From: Octopus vulgaris
Lineage: Eukaryota
Assembly: GCA_951406725.2 (NCBI GenBank)
Contig: OX597821.1
Coordinates: 112,344,001 to 112,408,000, forward strand
Length of the DNA: 64,000 nucleotides
Direction of reading: 5' to 3'
A program made the position numbers and the translations under genes. Of the stretch, positions 28,615-45,284 are shown one piece after another (position 1 is the first letter of the stretch; each line of letters starts with the position of its first letter). The notes beneath the pieces were generated by a model, which searched no databases, was not told the DNA's origin, and worked only from the letters and a program-made list of their open reading frames with translations.

Positions 28615-29039
28615 CATAGATATATATGTATTGTACGCCAGACAGTAAGTTGTAATTTTAACTTGCATCTGAGAGCGGTTCTATGTATTTTGTTGCCTGT
28701 ATGGACGGTGGAAACCGTTGAATCGTTTGCATGCATGCACGCATGAAAATGTATAATTTAACTACGAGTTCTTAACTTAAGATTCCGTTCTGTGTCTTTT
28801 CGCTTCATATCTCTCCCAGTTAGCCTTGTCTTTTGTTATAGAATCACAGACAAGATAAACACTGCTTCCTTAGCGTGCCAAAAAAAAAGAAAAAAAGAAA
28901 GAAAAAACGAGGCTTCTTATGTGGTGACGATTTAGCTTGCTAGAAATAGAAGTTAAATACCTCTGAAACACTCACGAATGATTCATAGGATTATGTTGGT
29001 CATAAGTACGCTTCTCTTTTTTTCTTTTTTTTTTTTTAT

Positions 29040-29250
29040 TATTTCACTGTTTCATTCATTGGACTACGGCCATGCCGGAGCACCATCTAGAAGAACAGTA
29101 GTCGAACGAATCGACTGCAGGTCTTCTTCTTTTGTAAGTCAGGTATTTATGTATTCTATCGGTTTCTTTTGCCGAACCGCTTGGTTACAGGGGCATAAAC
29201 TAACCAACACCGGTCCTTAAGCGGTGGTGAGGAACAAACACTGACACCGA
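29040..29250 (-). mobile_element. SINE family A, 3' half, diverged
   Basis: Similar to 29790-29990. Confidence 0.75.
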
Positions 29251-29281
29251 TACATACATACACACACACACACGCACGCAC

Positions 29282-29351
<70 letters not shown>

Positions 29352-29443
29352 ATATTTGCTTTTATGCTGATTTATATCCAAAACAGGTTTACATTAATCT
29401 GAAGGATCGATTATTCAATAATTTTTGTAGAGTGCAAATGATG

Positions 29444-29488
29444 TAGGGTCCGATGATGGGTTAGCTGCCCGAAACTTCGAAGTCCCTG
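29444..29488 (+). ncRNA. Degenerate minimal hammerhead motif
   Basis: CCGATGA-T-GGGT(tagct)GCCC-GAAA-CTTCGAAG-TC with palindromic stem III. Core has U4C and the stem I register is imperfect. Confidence 0.45.
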
Positions 29489-29699
29489 TCAGTACTATAT
29501 TTGTCAAAGAAATATGTATACATAAATATGTGCATGTATGTATGGATGGATGTATGAATATATATCTATATATACATACATATATGTATTGTATGTATAT
29601 ATGTATGTATATATATATATGTATATATGTATGTATATATATTCATATATGTATATATATATATATATGTATGTATGTGTATATATATATATGTGTGTA

Positions 29700-29772
<73 letters not shown>

Positions 29773-29774
29773 AT

Positions 29775-30198
29775 ACTCTTTACTCTCTTTTACTCTTTTA
29801 CTTGTTTCAGTCATTTGACTGCGGCCATGCTGGAGCACCGCCTTTAGTCGAGCAAATCGACCCCGGGACTTATTCTTTGTAAGCCCAGTACTTATTCTAT
29901 CGGTCTCTTTTGCTGAACCGCTATGTGACAGGGACGTAAACACACCAGCATCGGTTGTCAAGCAATGCTAGGGGGACAAACACAGACACACAAACATATA
30001 CACACACACTTATATATATATATATATATATATACGACAGGCTTCTTTCAGTTTCCGTCTACCAAGTCCACTCACAAGGCATTGGTCGGCCCGGGGCTAT
30101 AGCAGAAGACACTTGCCCAAGATGTCACGCAGTGGGACTGAACCCGGAACCATGTGGTTGGTTAGCAAGCTACTTACCACACAGCCACTCCTGCGCCT
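29775..30198 (-). mobile_element. SINE family A, full length
   Basis: Head AGGCGCAGGAGTGGCTGTGTGGT...GGTTCAGTCCC, internal (TA/TG)n, tail GCTCCAGCATGGCCGCAGTCAAATGACTGAAACAAG(TAAAAGAG)n. Confidence 0.92.
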
Positions 30199-30257
30199 AT
30201 GTGTATATGTATGTATATATATATGCATGTATGTATATATGTATGTATGTGTTTGTG

Positions 30258-30305
<48 letters not shown>

Positions 30306-30472
30306 AAATACAAAATGGGACAAGAACGCAAAACATCCAGACAGTTAAGTGATACAAGAAAGGGACAACAAAACATCCAGATAAACGATACAAAGAAAAC
30401 AAGGGCGGAGTATCTTTCCTCAGTCGAGTTCCAGATTATCTTTGCAATTTCGGCTGGTTATATATATATATA

Positions 30473-30706
30473 TATTTCTTTACTACCCACAAGGGGCTAA
30501 ACACAGAGGAGACAAACAAGGACAGACAAACGGAGATTAAGTCGATTACATCGACCCCAGTGCGTAACTGGTACTTAATTTATCAACCCCGGAAGGATGA
30601 AAGGCAAAGTCGACCTCGGCGGAATTTGAACTCGGAACGTAACGGCGGACGAAATACGGCAACGCATTTCGCCCGGCGTCTAACGTTTCTGCCAGCTCGC
30701 CGCCTT
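30473..30706 (-). mobile_element. SINE family B, full length, tail type 1
   Basis: Head GGCGGCGAGCTGGCAGAAACGTTAG, B-box and Nin-like core. Confidence 0.9.
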
Positions 30707-30708
30707 AC

Positions 30709-30755
<47 letters not shown>

Positions 30756-30869
30756 GTGTGTGTGTATGTATGTATGTATGTATATATGTATGTATGTATG
30801 TGTTGGCGGTGCTGTAGCATGGCCGCAGCCTCAAGGCTGAAACATATAAATCTATGTGTGTGCGTGTCT

Positions 30870-31030
30870 GTATGAAGGGTTTCTTTCACTTTCCGTCTAC
30901 CAAAAGCCACTCACAGTCCTGGGTCATAGTAGTAGATACGTGCCGCAGGTGCCGCAAGTGCCGCGCAGTGTGACTGAGCTCCGGAGCACATAGTTTGGAA
31001 GAGTGCCACTTAACTACACTGCCACGCCTA
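30870..31030 (-). mobile_element. SINE family A, 5' half, diverged
   Basis: TTTCCGTCTACCAAA...CACTCACA similarity. Confidence 0.6.
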
Positions 31031-31404
31031 AAGAAATGTCTGGATGGCCATGGTAGACCAGGACAGAGCTGAGGGTGCCAAGGAGATTAAAAGAAAGAAA
31101 AATGTTTTTGTTTTGTTTTTGCGGTGTACTTTTAATGACGTACCCCTAAGTGGTCAATGCACGTGCTGGAAATTACAGTCAGATCTCGATTAAATCATAC
31201 ACTGAGAAGAAAGATGACTTACATAAGGAAATGAAATGAGATTATCGTTGTATTGAATCATAGGCTTGGTAGGTTGTGATTGACCTAGGGCTAAAATAGT
31301 ACTTAACGACTACAACAAGAACACGATCATGAAGAAAACCCAACTGCGTTTTAGAGGGCTTCGTCGTTTTGGAGAGAGGGACTTGTAGTGAGTTTCGCTT
31401 GGGT

Positions 31405-32165
31405 GACACACACGCACACACACACATAGATATACACACATAGATATACACACATAGATATACACACATACATACGCACACATACACACATGCACATGCA
31501 CACATACACACACAGATACACACACACAGATATTCACACACACACATGCACACATACACACACATACGCACGCACATACACACACACGCAAAGGCATACA
31601 CACACATACACGCACATAGCTACACACACATACGTGCACACACGCACACACACACACTCATGCAAACACAGACAAACATACATAGATACATATACACATA
31701 CACACACGCCATTACACATACAGACACACACACATACGCACACATACACACGCATAGATACACACATACATACACACGCATACACATACACACGCAATCA
31801 TATATACAGACAAACATACATATACACATACACACACCATTACACATACAGACACACATGTACAGACACATTCACACACACGCGCGCACAGACACACTCA
31901 CACACACACACACACTCATACATACATGTACAAATACATACACATACAAATAGACACACGCACGCAGAAATATAGACAGACACACAGACACACATGCAAA
32001 CACACAGATAGAAACCCACACACAGACATATGTATGCATGCAGACATACAATGACACACACACACACGCACGAACACACACACACACACAAACACACACA
32101 CACGAACACATTAATACAGTGACAGACACATACAAACTCATATATATATACACACACACACACAC
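31405..32165. repeat. Degenerate (CA)n-rich cryptic microsatellite
   Basis: Direct inspection; similar tract at 63234-63742. Confidence 0.9.
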
Positions 32166-32228
32166 AGAGTAGCGCGCGTAGTTTTGTAACTGCGGTGGGG
32201 AGAGAGAGAGAGAGACAAAGAGAGAGAC

Positions 32229-32269
<41 letters not shown>

Positions 32270-32426
32270 GACAGAGAGAGGCGGGTGGGGGGGAGAGAAG
32301 ACGGGTAGACGCTGGGTATAAAAGGTTTATTTCCGACGCGTGTTCATGTATGTGTGTGTGTGTGAGTGTGTGTGTGCTCGCCTGTGTTTAAGTCGACACC
32401 AAGTTTTATGTTGTTGTCGTTGCTGT

Positions 32427-32471
<45 letters not shown>

Positions 32472-32551
32472 CACCAAGTTATTGTATTTTTATTTAATTA
32501 AAACCGATTGACTCCACCATGTAACACACACACACACACACATACACACGC

Positions 32552-32590
<39 letters not shown>

Positions 32591-32598
32591 ATATATAA

Positions 32599-32631
<33 letters not shown>

Positions 32632-32866
32632 CATGTCTATATATAGCTATACACACACACACTCACACACACACGGCATAAGACTGTACAATACATAATA
32701 TACACACACGCGCACGTGCGTGTTCATCCTGTCTATTTCACAGGAACACAGGAACACACACTCACCACAAATACACACAAACGTTTGCACACGGACACAC
32801 TACACACGAAGAACAGACACACACAGTCTGTCTGTCTGTCTGTCTTTCTGCCTATCTGTCTGTCTG

Positions 32867-32897
<31 letters not shown>

Positions 32898-33035
32898 ACA
32901 TTCACACAACATTCATACCGGCGCAGTTGCGTACTATTTTATACAGACAAACACTCGCAGAAACTCTTTCATACGAACACACACACACACAATCTCACAT
33001 ACTTACGTACAAAAATAAGCCATACACTTTCACAG

Positions 33036-33072
<37 letters not shown>

Positions 33073-33686
33073 TTCACGCAAGCAAGCGAGCGCACAGACA
33101 CATCCAGATGTAATCTTACACGCAATCACACAGACACAGACACACACACACACAAACACACAGACTCACATAAAAACACCTAGGTGTGTGACGTAACAGA
33201 GACTGGATGTTTTGATTGGTCAATATTTCTGCGGTGACTCACCTCTTTACTGATGTTGATGAAGATGATGGAGATGATGACGATAATCACGATGATGATG
33301 ATGATGATGATGATATTTATGAAAGCCGCGATAAGGGTGATGGCGATGGTGGTGGCGAAACTGAGAGAGGCAGGAAGATTGGTTCCCTTAAAAAATACTG
33401 AGGAACGGCGTGGATTCGCAAAAGAAATGGAGTTTCGCTGGATATTACACAATCTCCTACTCCATTCTCACTGAGGATATACGCGTGTGTGTGTGTGTGT
33501 GTCCGTGCGTGTGTGTGTGTGTATGTGTGTGTCTGTGTGTGCGTCTGTATGTGTGTTTGCATATGTATGTGTGAGTGTGTGTGTGCATATCTGTAAAGAC
33601 ACGTGCACATGTGGTCCCTCACCGTCTTGGTTTTAAGAAGCAGGCATATAGTACGCAATACATGAAACCCTGCGTGTGTAGATATG

Positions 33687-33761
<75 letters not shown>

Positions 33762-33889
33762 AACTTACTCGAAAATGGATGCATGGCGTTCGATCATATA
33801 GTAGTATAAATAATACCTGTACCCATATATGCATGTATATATATACATATATATGTAGCTATGTACATACATGTATGTATATAAGCATA

Positions 33890-33944
<55 letters not shown>

Positions 33945-33947
<3 letters not shown>

Positions 33948-34105
33948 CGTAGGAGTGGCTGTGTGGTAAGTAGCTTACTTACGAACCACATGTTTCCAGG
34001 TTCAGTCCCACTGCACCTTGGGTAAGTGTCGTCTACAATAGCCTCGGACCGACCAAAGCCTTGTGAGTGGATTTTGTAGACGCAAACTGAAAGAAGCCCG
34101 TCGTA

Positions 34106-34177
<72 letters not shown>

Positions 34178-34410
34178 TATGTGTGTATGTTTATGTGTCT
34201 GTGTTCCCCCCCCCCCCAAAAAAAAACATCGCTTGACAACCGAGGCTGGTCTGTTTACGTCACCGTAACTTAGCGGTTCGGCAAAAGAGACCGATAGAAT
34301 AAGTACTAGGCTTACAAAGAATACTCCTGGGGTCGATTTGCTCGACTAAAAGGTGGTGCTCCAGCATGCCACAGTCAAATGACTGAAACAAGTAAAGGAG
34401 TAAAAGAGTA
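33945..34410 (+). mobile_element. SINE family A, full length
   Basis: Reverse complement of 29775-30198 with small deletions. Confidence 0.9.
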
Positions 34411-34959
34411 TATATACATACACACACATTCAACAATATATGTAATTGTAAGTATATGTACGCATACATGTATATTATTATATATACACACACACACACA
34501 TAAAAGCTTATGTGCGTGTGTGTGAGTGTACATATACAGATATAGATAAATGCGTGCATACGTTTAATATATCTGTCTGTGAGAAGTATTATCTCCGGAC
34601 GAATGCCGCAGTTAATTTGTCTTTTCATGTTGTCTGTGCGTTATATATGATACACACTTGACTGTTTTCATCTAATACTCTTTCTCTTACATTTAACAGA
34701 TTTATATTCAGCTGGGCGGCTAATTGCAACACCAGCAATTTTTCAATTGGTTTTTCTACATCAGTTACGACGGATTTTGTCGTAGACTTTGCTTGACAGC
34801 AAGTACATATCCCTAACAAAGCTCAACGAGGCTGAAATGCGCATCTAGAATTCTTACACCTCTCTCTCTCTCTTTCTGTATGTATGTATGTATGTATGTA
34901 TGTATGTATGTATGTATGTATGTATGTATGTATATATGTATGTATGTATGTATGTATGT

Positions 34960-35016
34960 AGCTCACAAGCTGTATGTATCTATGTATCTATGTATGTATG
35001 TAGCCATGTATGTATG

Positions 35017-35050
<34 letters not shown>

Positions 35051-35066
35051 TGTATATGTATGTATG

Positions 35067-35100
<34 letters not shown>

Positions 35101-36290
35101 TCTGGGGCACAACCATTTGGTGTTGCTACATGATTTTACTCCACGAATGCTTTTTAGCAATTGCCATTTGGTGCATGAGAGAGTTCGATGCAGCTGCCCT
35201 CATCTGCACCTCCTGCCGTGAAGTTGGTTCATCTGGGACACCTGACAAGAAGAGATCCAGTTTCATTTTAAAGACATCTGTATCCACCCCATGCAGGTCT
35301 CTTAGGTTCTTCAGGAGGATATTGAAGAGCTGTGGACCTCGGAAGCCCAGGCTATCACAGTATCTTGTTCTACATCTTGATGGCAAATTTGGAGTCCTTG
35401 GCACTATGCAGTGGCGCCCAGTTCTGGCATTTGTGTAACTCTCGATGCCAAAGTTTGGGACAAGTCCTTCTAGGATCTTCCAGATGTATATTATGGCATA
35501 TCTTTCTCGCCTACGCTCTAAGGAATAGAGTCTCAATCTCTTGAGTCTTTCCCAATAGCTTATATGCTGCACAGAGGCTATCTTCTTCGTGTAGCTTCGT
35601 TGGATCGCCTCAAGTTCTGTGATTAACTTGACACTGGATGGTGACCATAGCTGAGAGCAATAGTCAAAGTGGCTTAGGACAAGTGTTCTCCAGAGGACCA
35701 TCATTGTTTCTGGTCTCTTGTTCTAAAGGTTCTAAGAATCCATCCGGTCAGCCGCCTACATTTCATTGCCAATTTAGCAACATGCACATGAAAGGTTGCA
35801 TCATCACTCATGTAAATACCCAGGTCTCGCACTGATTGTGCCTCTGGGATTGCAATCCCTCCAGGTCCAGTGTATTTATTGGGTATTGAATTTAGTTTTG
35901 CATGCTGATAGTATAAAGCTTGAAACGTTTCAGCATTGAACTGCATGCTATTCTTTTCAGCCCACTTGTATATTTTGTCCAGCTCACATTGCAGGTGTTT
36001 AGTGTCTTCAGGGTTCTGTATTGCCTGTGAAACTTTTGTATCATCTGCATATCTTGTGATCGTGGCTCTCTGCGTGACTGAGGGCATGTCTGAGAGGGCC
36101 ATTATGAACAGTAGTGGTCCCAGAACAGTGCCGTGCGGAACACCGCTCACTATTTGCGTGTTAATTGGCTACTACCACCTGGATTCTATCCTTCAGAAAG
36201 TTATGAAGCCATTCTCCCAATTTTCCAACTATGCCAAGATCACGCAGTTTGTGACATATCATTCCATGATCGACTTTATCAACTTTATCA
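34960..36290 (-). mobile_element. 5'-truncated CR1-group LINE (C-terminal RT half), same family as 41342-44295
   Basis: SGVPHGTVLGPLLF, YADDTK, YCSQLWSP and LYSLERRRER motifs; frameshift at ~35702 and a deletion at ~36163. Confidence 0.92.
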
Positions 36291-36337
36291 ACTTTATATA
36301 TATATATATATATATAAAGTTGATAAAGTCGATCATG

Positions 36338-36394
<57 letters not shown>

Positions 36395-36398
<4 letters not shown>

Positions 36399-36662
36399 TG
36401 ATAAGTCGATCATGGAATGATATGTCACAAACTGCGTGATCTTGGCGTAGTTGGAAAATTGGGAGAATGGCTTCATGACTTTCTGAAAGATAGAAGTCAG
36501 GTGGTAGTAGCCAATGGGGCCACTTCCATTAACATGCAACTAGTGAGCAGTGTTCCGCAAGGCACTGTTCTGGGACAACTACTGTTCATAATGGCCCTCT
36601 CAGACATGCCCTCAGCCACGCAGAGAGCCACGATCACAAGTTATGCAGATGATACAAAAGTT
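36395..36662 (+). mobile_element. Inverted copy of part of the adjacent CR1-group LINE
   Basis: KVDHGMICHKL...VPQGTVLGQLLF...YADDTKV in the opposite orientation, starting from the same breakpoint. Confidence 0.88.
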
Positions 36663-36713
36663 TTAAAATCTTTTAAAATTGCATTTTCAAACCTTCTTTC
36701 ATATATATATATA

Positions 36714-37312
36714 TATATGAAAGAAGGTTTGAAAATACAATTTTAAAAGATGTTTATTCACTTGACCGGTTTCACATTTTTAGAAAAAGATTGTCAAAAG
36801 TAACATGTTAAGTACTGGTTGTCACAAAAGTATTAAAATACATATATACATTCTTTGATAATAATAAGAAAATGTTAAAAACAGTTTACAAGAAAGTATT
36901 TAAGAAAGTATTCAACAAAAAGTATTAGGGGTTGAATAAAAATCATGTTTGTTTGGTAGTATATATATACACAGAAGAAGATATATTCAAGAATTTACAA
37001 AAAATTGGAAAGGAACCGACCTGTCTTTTTGGCAGAAAAAATGCCAAAAGGACAGGTTGGCTCCTCTCCAATTTTTTGTAAATTCTTAAATATATCTCCT
37101 TCCGTGTATATAGATACTACCAAACAAATATGACTTTTATTATCAAAGAATGTATATATGTATTTTAATACTTTTGTGACAACCAGTACTTAACACAACA
37201 AAGCTTATACGAAGCTTTACATTTTACTTTTGACAATCTTTTTCTAAAAAACTGAAACCCGTCAAGTGAATAAACATCTTTAAAATTGCATTTTCAAACC
37301 TTCTTTCATATA
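36714..37312. mobile_element. ~600-bp palindromic PLE-type remnant with variant hammerhead motifs
   Basis: Diverged inverted arms meet at TTTTGGCA-gaaaaaa-TGCCAAAA (centre 37035-37041). Each arm carries TTACTT-TTGACAA...GAAACC[G/C]GTC-AAGTGA. Confidence 0.7.
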
Positions 37313-37350
37313 TATTTCCACTCGTGCGGTATCTTACAACTTTACTTTGT

Positions 37351-37404
<54 letters not shown>

Positions 37405-37417
37405 ACTTTACATTATT

Positions 37418-37464
<47 letters not shown>

Positions 37465-37465
37465 C

Positions 37466-38850
37466 TCCCACATCATTTAAAGTGTTTGAAAGATCAAGAT
37501 CAAGATAGCTGACTTCCTGGAGACCCACAAACTCCTAAATGCAAATCAGCATTTCTTTTGCTGTGGCAGGGACTGTCTAACACAGCTCTTACACCACATT
37601 GAAGATATACTTAAAGCCTTGGGAACAGGTTCGAACTCTGATGTCATATATCTTGACTTCAGTAAAGCGTTCGACAGGGTTGACCATAATATCTTACTCT
37701 CAAAATTGGCAAATGTTGGAATCCGTGGAAAACTTCTACACTGGATTAAGTATTTCCTGGCGAATACAACACAAGAAGTTGTGGTCGATGGAGTCCACTC
37801 AAGCCCAGCAATGGAGTCCACTGTCTTGGGTCCGCTCTACTTTATAATTTACATAAATGACCTGCAAAGTGAAAATATTTGCTGATGACACTAAGTTCCA
37901 GAAAATCATCAATGAAGAAGAAGACCGAACTCAACTCCAGTCTGATCTATATGCTGTGAGTCAATGGGCAGACAAAAACAAAATGCAACTGAACGAGGGA
38001 AAATTTGAGTTGATGCATTTTGGAAGAAAGTCTATACTAAAAGAGCCATACTCTCTTCCTTCAGGGGAACCGCTCACTGCATCTAATAATATCAGAGGCC
38101 AAGGTGTAATTGTTGATAACAATCTCAGTTGGAGTGTCCACATCAACAATAAGGTCAATATAACTCGTAGGATGAGCTCCTGGATCTTAAGAAAATTCCG
38201 GCCCAGAGAACAAGGTGTCATCATTCCACTGTTCTCCTTTGTACAGCCACACCTACTACGCCCCTTGTGGCCTCCCCATACAAAACAAAACATCTCGAGG
38301 ATTAAATCACCCCAGAGGGCACTCACTAAACGAATTGAAGGCATGACTGATCTCGATTATTGAGACCGCCTTGAAGCCTTGAAACTCTACTCTCTCCAGG
38401 ATCGCCGTGAGCGGTACATCATTTGCACGATGTGGAGAATACACCACCAGCATTGCTCAAACGACCTGAACATTAGTATCAAGGTTCATCCAAGGCTGGG
38501 ACTACAGGCCAGACGTCCCCTGCCCAATTCAGGATCACAGCATATAGGTACACTGCGACAAAGTTTCTTTTCCTCAACAGGCCCTGCCCCGTTTAACTTT
38601 GTTCCAAAATTGATTAAAGACGAAAAGGTTTCCATCACCTTTAAACGGAGTCTGGACAGTTTTCTTCAAGGAATACCGGATGAGCCACCTATACCTGGAT
38701 ACAACTCACTCAACAAGAACTCACTACTTGAATGGACCATAAACAAAATTTGACTTTAAAAGGATTGAGATAATCATATCAGGTGGTGCTATTAAGTTAG
38801 ACATGGCTTGGACCAATCTTTGGTCGAAACATATCTAAATATATCTAAGT
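37466..38850 (+). mobile_element. Degenerate CR1-group LINE, second family (RT to 3' end)
   Basis: DVIYLDFSKAFDRVDH, IFADDTK and LYSLQDRRERY in broken frames; tail CATGGCTTGGACCAATCTTTGGTCGAAAC. Confidence 0.88.
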
Positions 38851-38974
38851 CTGCCTAAATAATGGATCTACAGATGCAATATCCCTGGAAATATCACGTC
38901 TATTTTCATTCCTCCACTTCACTCTATTTAATATCTTATCTAGAATAACTATTCCTTAACCATTTTCTCACACC

Positions 38975-39022
38975 GTCTCCGATGGAGGGATATATAAAAT
39001 ATCCCGGATATAGCTGTAAGAC
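38975..39022 (+). ncRNA. Decayed copy of the 1900-1947 hammerhead
   Basis: Same stems (GTCT/AGAC, GGGATAT/ATATCCC) but core reads CCGATGG and GATA. Confidence 0.55.
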
Positions 39023-39138
39023 CTTCTATTTATAAATGTTCTAAAATCTTTTACAGTCTTGGATTTTTATCTCATTCTGAAAATTTTTTTATAGATACAT
39101 ATATACCTATATATACATACGAATACGTATATATATAT

Positions 39139-39196
<58 letters not shown>

Positions 39197-39201
39197 ATAC
39201 G

Positions 39202-39310
<109 letters not shown>

Positions 39311-39370
39311 TGTATATATATAGACATATATATAGACATATAAATCTATGTATCTACATATACATAGATA

Positions 39371-39528
39371 CAATATTTACATTATTTACATTCCACGGAT
39401 ATTTGTACTCATTTTGTTTGTTGTTAACACAACGTTTCGGCTGATATACCCTCCAGCCTTCTTCAGGTGTCTTGGGTGAAATTTCGAACCTGGGTTCTAA
39501 TTCCTAATGTATTTTTGATCTTGTTATT

Positions 39529-39574
<46 letters not shown>

Positions 39575-39683
39575 TGTTGTTGTTTTTGTTATTGTTATTG
39601 TTCAGTTCACTGCTTGGAATCGAACGCAGAATCTTTGGGTTAGTAGCCCGCGCTCTTAACCACTATGCGATATGCCCGTGAGC
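39371..39683 (-). mobile_element. tRNA-headed SINE-like element with hammerhead tail, left arm
   Basis: Minus strand: TCGCATAGTGG A-box, GTTCGATTCC B-box (39616-39625), (AAC)n spacer, hammerhead, AT-rich tail. Confidence 0.7.
39427..39470 (-). ncRNA. Minimal type I hammerhead ribozyme motif
   Basis: ACAC-CTGAAGA-A-GGCTG(gagggtatat)CAGCC-GAAAC-GTT-GTGT. Stem III is reduced to the AACGTT palindrome, as in dimeric PLE hammerheads. Confidence 0.72.
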
Positions 39684-39694
39684 TAATGTAACTA

Positions 39695-39809
39695 TGCCCA
39701 CGGGTAAATGGCGTAGTGGTTAAGAGCGCAGGTTACTATCCCCAAGATTCCGAGTTCCATTCCAAACAGTGACCTGAACAACAACCACAACCACAACAAC
39801 AACAACAAC

Positions 39810-39883
<74 letters not shown>

Positions 39884-40060
39884 TTAAAATAATAATAACA
39901 ACAACAACAACAACATCGAAAAATACCTTAGGAATGAGATACCAGGTTCGAAATTTCCCCCAGACACCTGAAGGAAGCTGGAGGGTATATCAGCCGAAAC
40001 GTGTTAACAACAAACAACATGAGGACAAATATCCGTCAAATGTAAATAATGTAAATAATC
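39695..40060 (+). mobile_element. tRNA-headed SINE-like element with hammerhead tail, right arm
   Basis: TGGCGTAGTGG A-box (~39709), GAGTTCCATTCC B-box, (AAC/AAT)n, damaged hammerhead at 39964-40005. Confidence 0.7.
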
Positions 40061-40195
40061 CCTCATCTCTTACATATAGAACTACATATACATAGATGAA
40101 TATATAGATCTATATATATATATATATATATACATATATATACATGTAAATCAATATATATATATATACATCAATACATACACATCTATAAATAT

Positions 40196-40269
<74 letters not shown>

Positions 40270-40272
40270 ATG

Positions 40273-41210
<938 letters not shown>

Positions 41211-41225
41211 ATATATATATATATG

Positions 41226-41278
<53 letters not shown>

Positions 41279-41279
41279 A

Positions 41280-41317
<38 letters not shown>

Positions 41318-41341
41318 CATATATATATACATATATATATA

Positions 41342-44471
<3,130 letters not shown>

Positions 44472-44498
44472 GTGTATATATATGTATATATATATATG

Positions 44499-44552
<54 letters not shown>

Positions 44553-44943
44553 CATATGCATATACACCTATACATTTATACATATATATGTATATCTATA
44601 CATCTGTACATATACATCTATATATATACACATATATGTACATACATGTATATCTGTAGATGTATATACACATATATACATTCCCGGAGTGCTAACGGTT
44701 CTGCCAGCTCGCCACCTTTATATATGCATTAACAATGATTAGGAGAACGGAGACTTTTCACACCCATAAATTTATTTAACGGTTATTTACAGCATTCTTT
44801 TCTGGGCCTAGCAATTTATTGTCAACTCGGGTATCCACAAAAGGACCGCTGTGGTTAGCCTGCATCTGAAACCGAATTAAGAAGGTACGGAAACTTTAGG
44901 ACAATATAGCCATTTAAACTCATTTATGTCTACATATGTATAT

Positions 44944-45034
<91 letters not shown>

Positions 45035-45121
45035 GAGAGTTTACGAAAAAGACAAAAGACGAAGACAGGTGGTGTACAAAACAAACAGATGTATTAGTAT
45101 AACGCTCAAGAATAGAAAAGT

Positions 45122-45157
45122 CTTTTACGTTTCGAGCCTACGCTTTTCTACAGAAAG
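45122..45157 (-). ncRNA. Variant minimal hammerhead-like motif in a PLE-type remnant (~45030-45200)
   Basis: CTTT-CTGTAGA-AA-AGC(gtag)GCT-C-GAAAC-GTA-AAAG; core has A6U. Confidence 0.45.
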
Positions 45158-45284
45158 GGACTCAGTAAAAACAAGGAGAGAAAAATATATAGAGAGAAAA
45201 GGAGAGAAATATATATATATACATATATATATATTGTTATTGTTGTTTACATACACGATATGTTGGGCTACTGCCGTTCTTTAA

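Noticed and set aside
39697-39775. tRNA gene (also considered at 55763-55835 and at SINE A/B heads)
   Set aside because: A/B boxes are present but there is no convincing acceptor stem or cloverleaf, and each runs into a repeat body.
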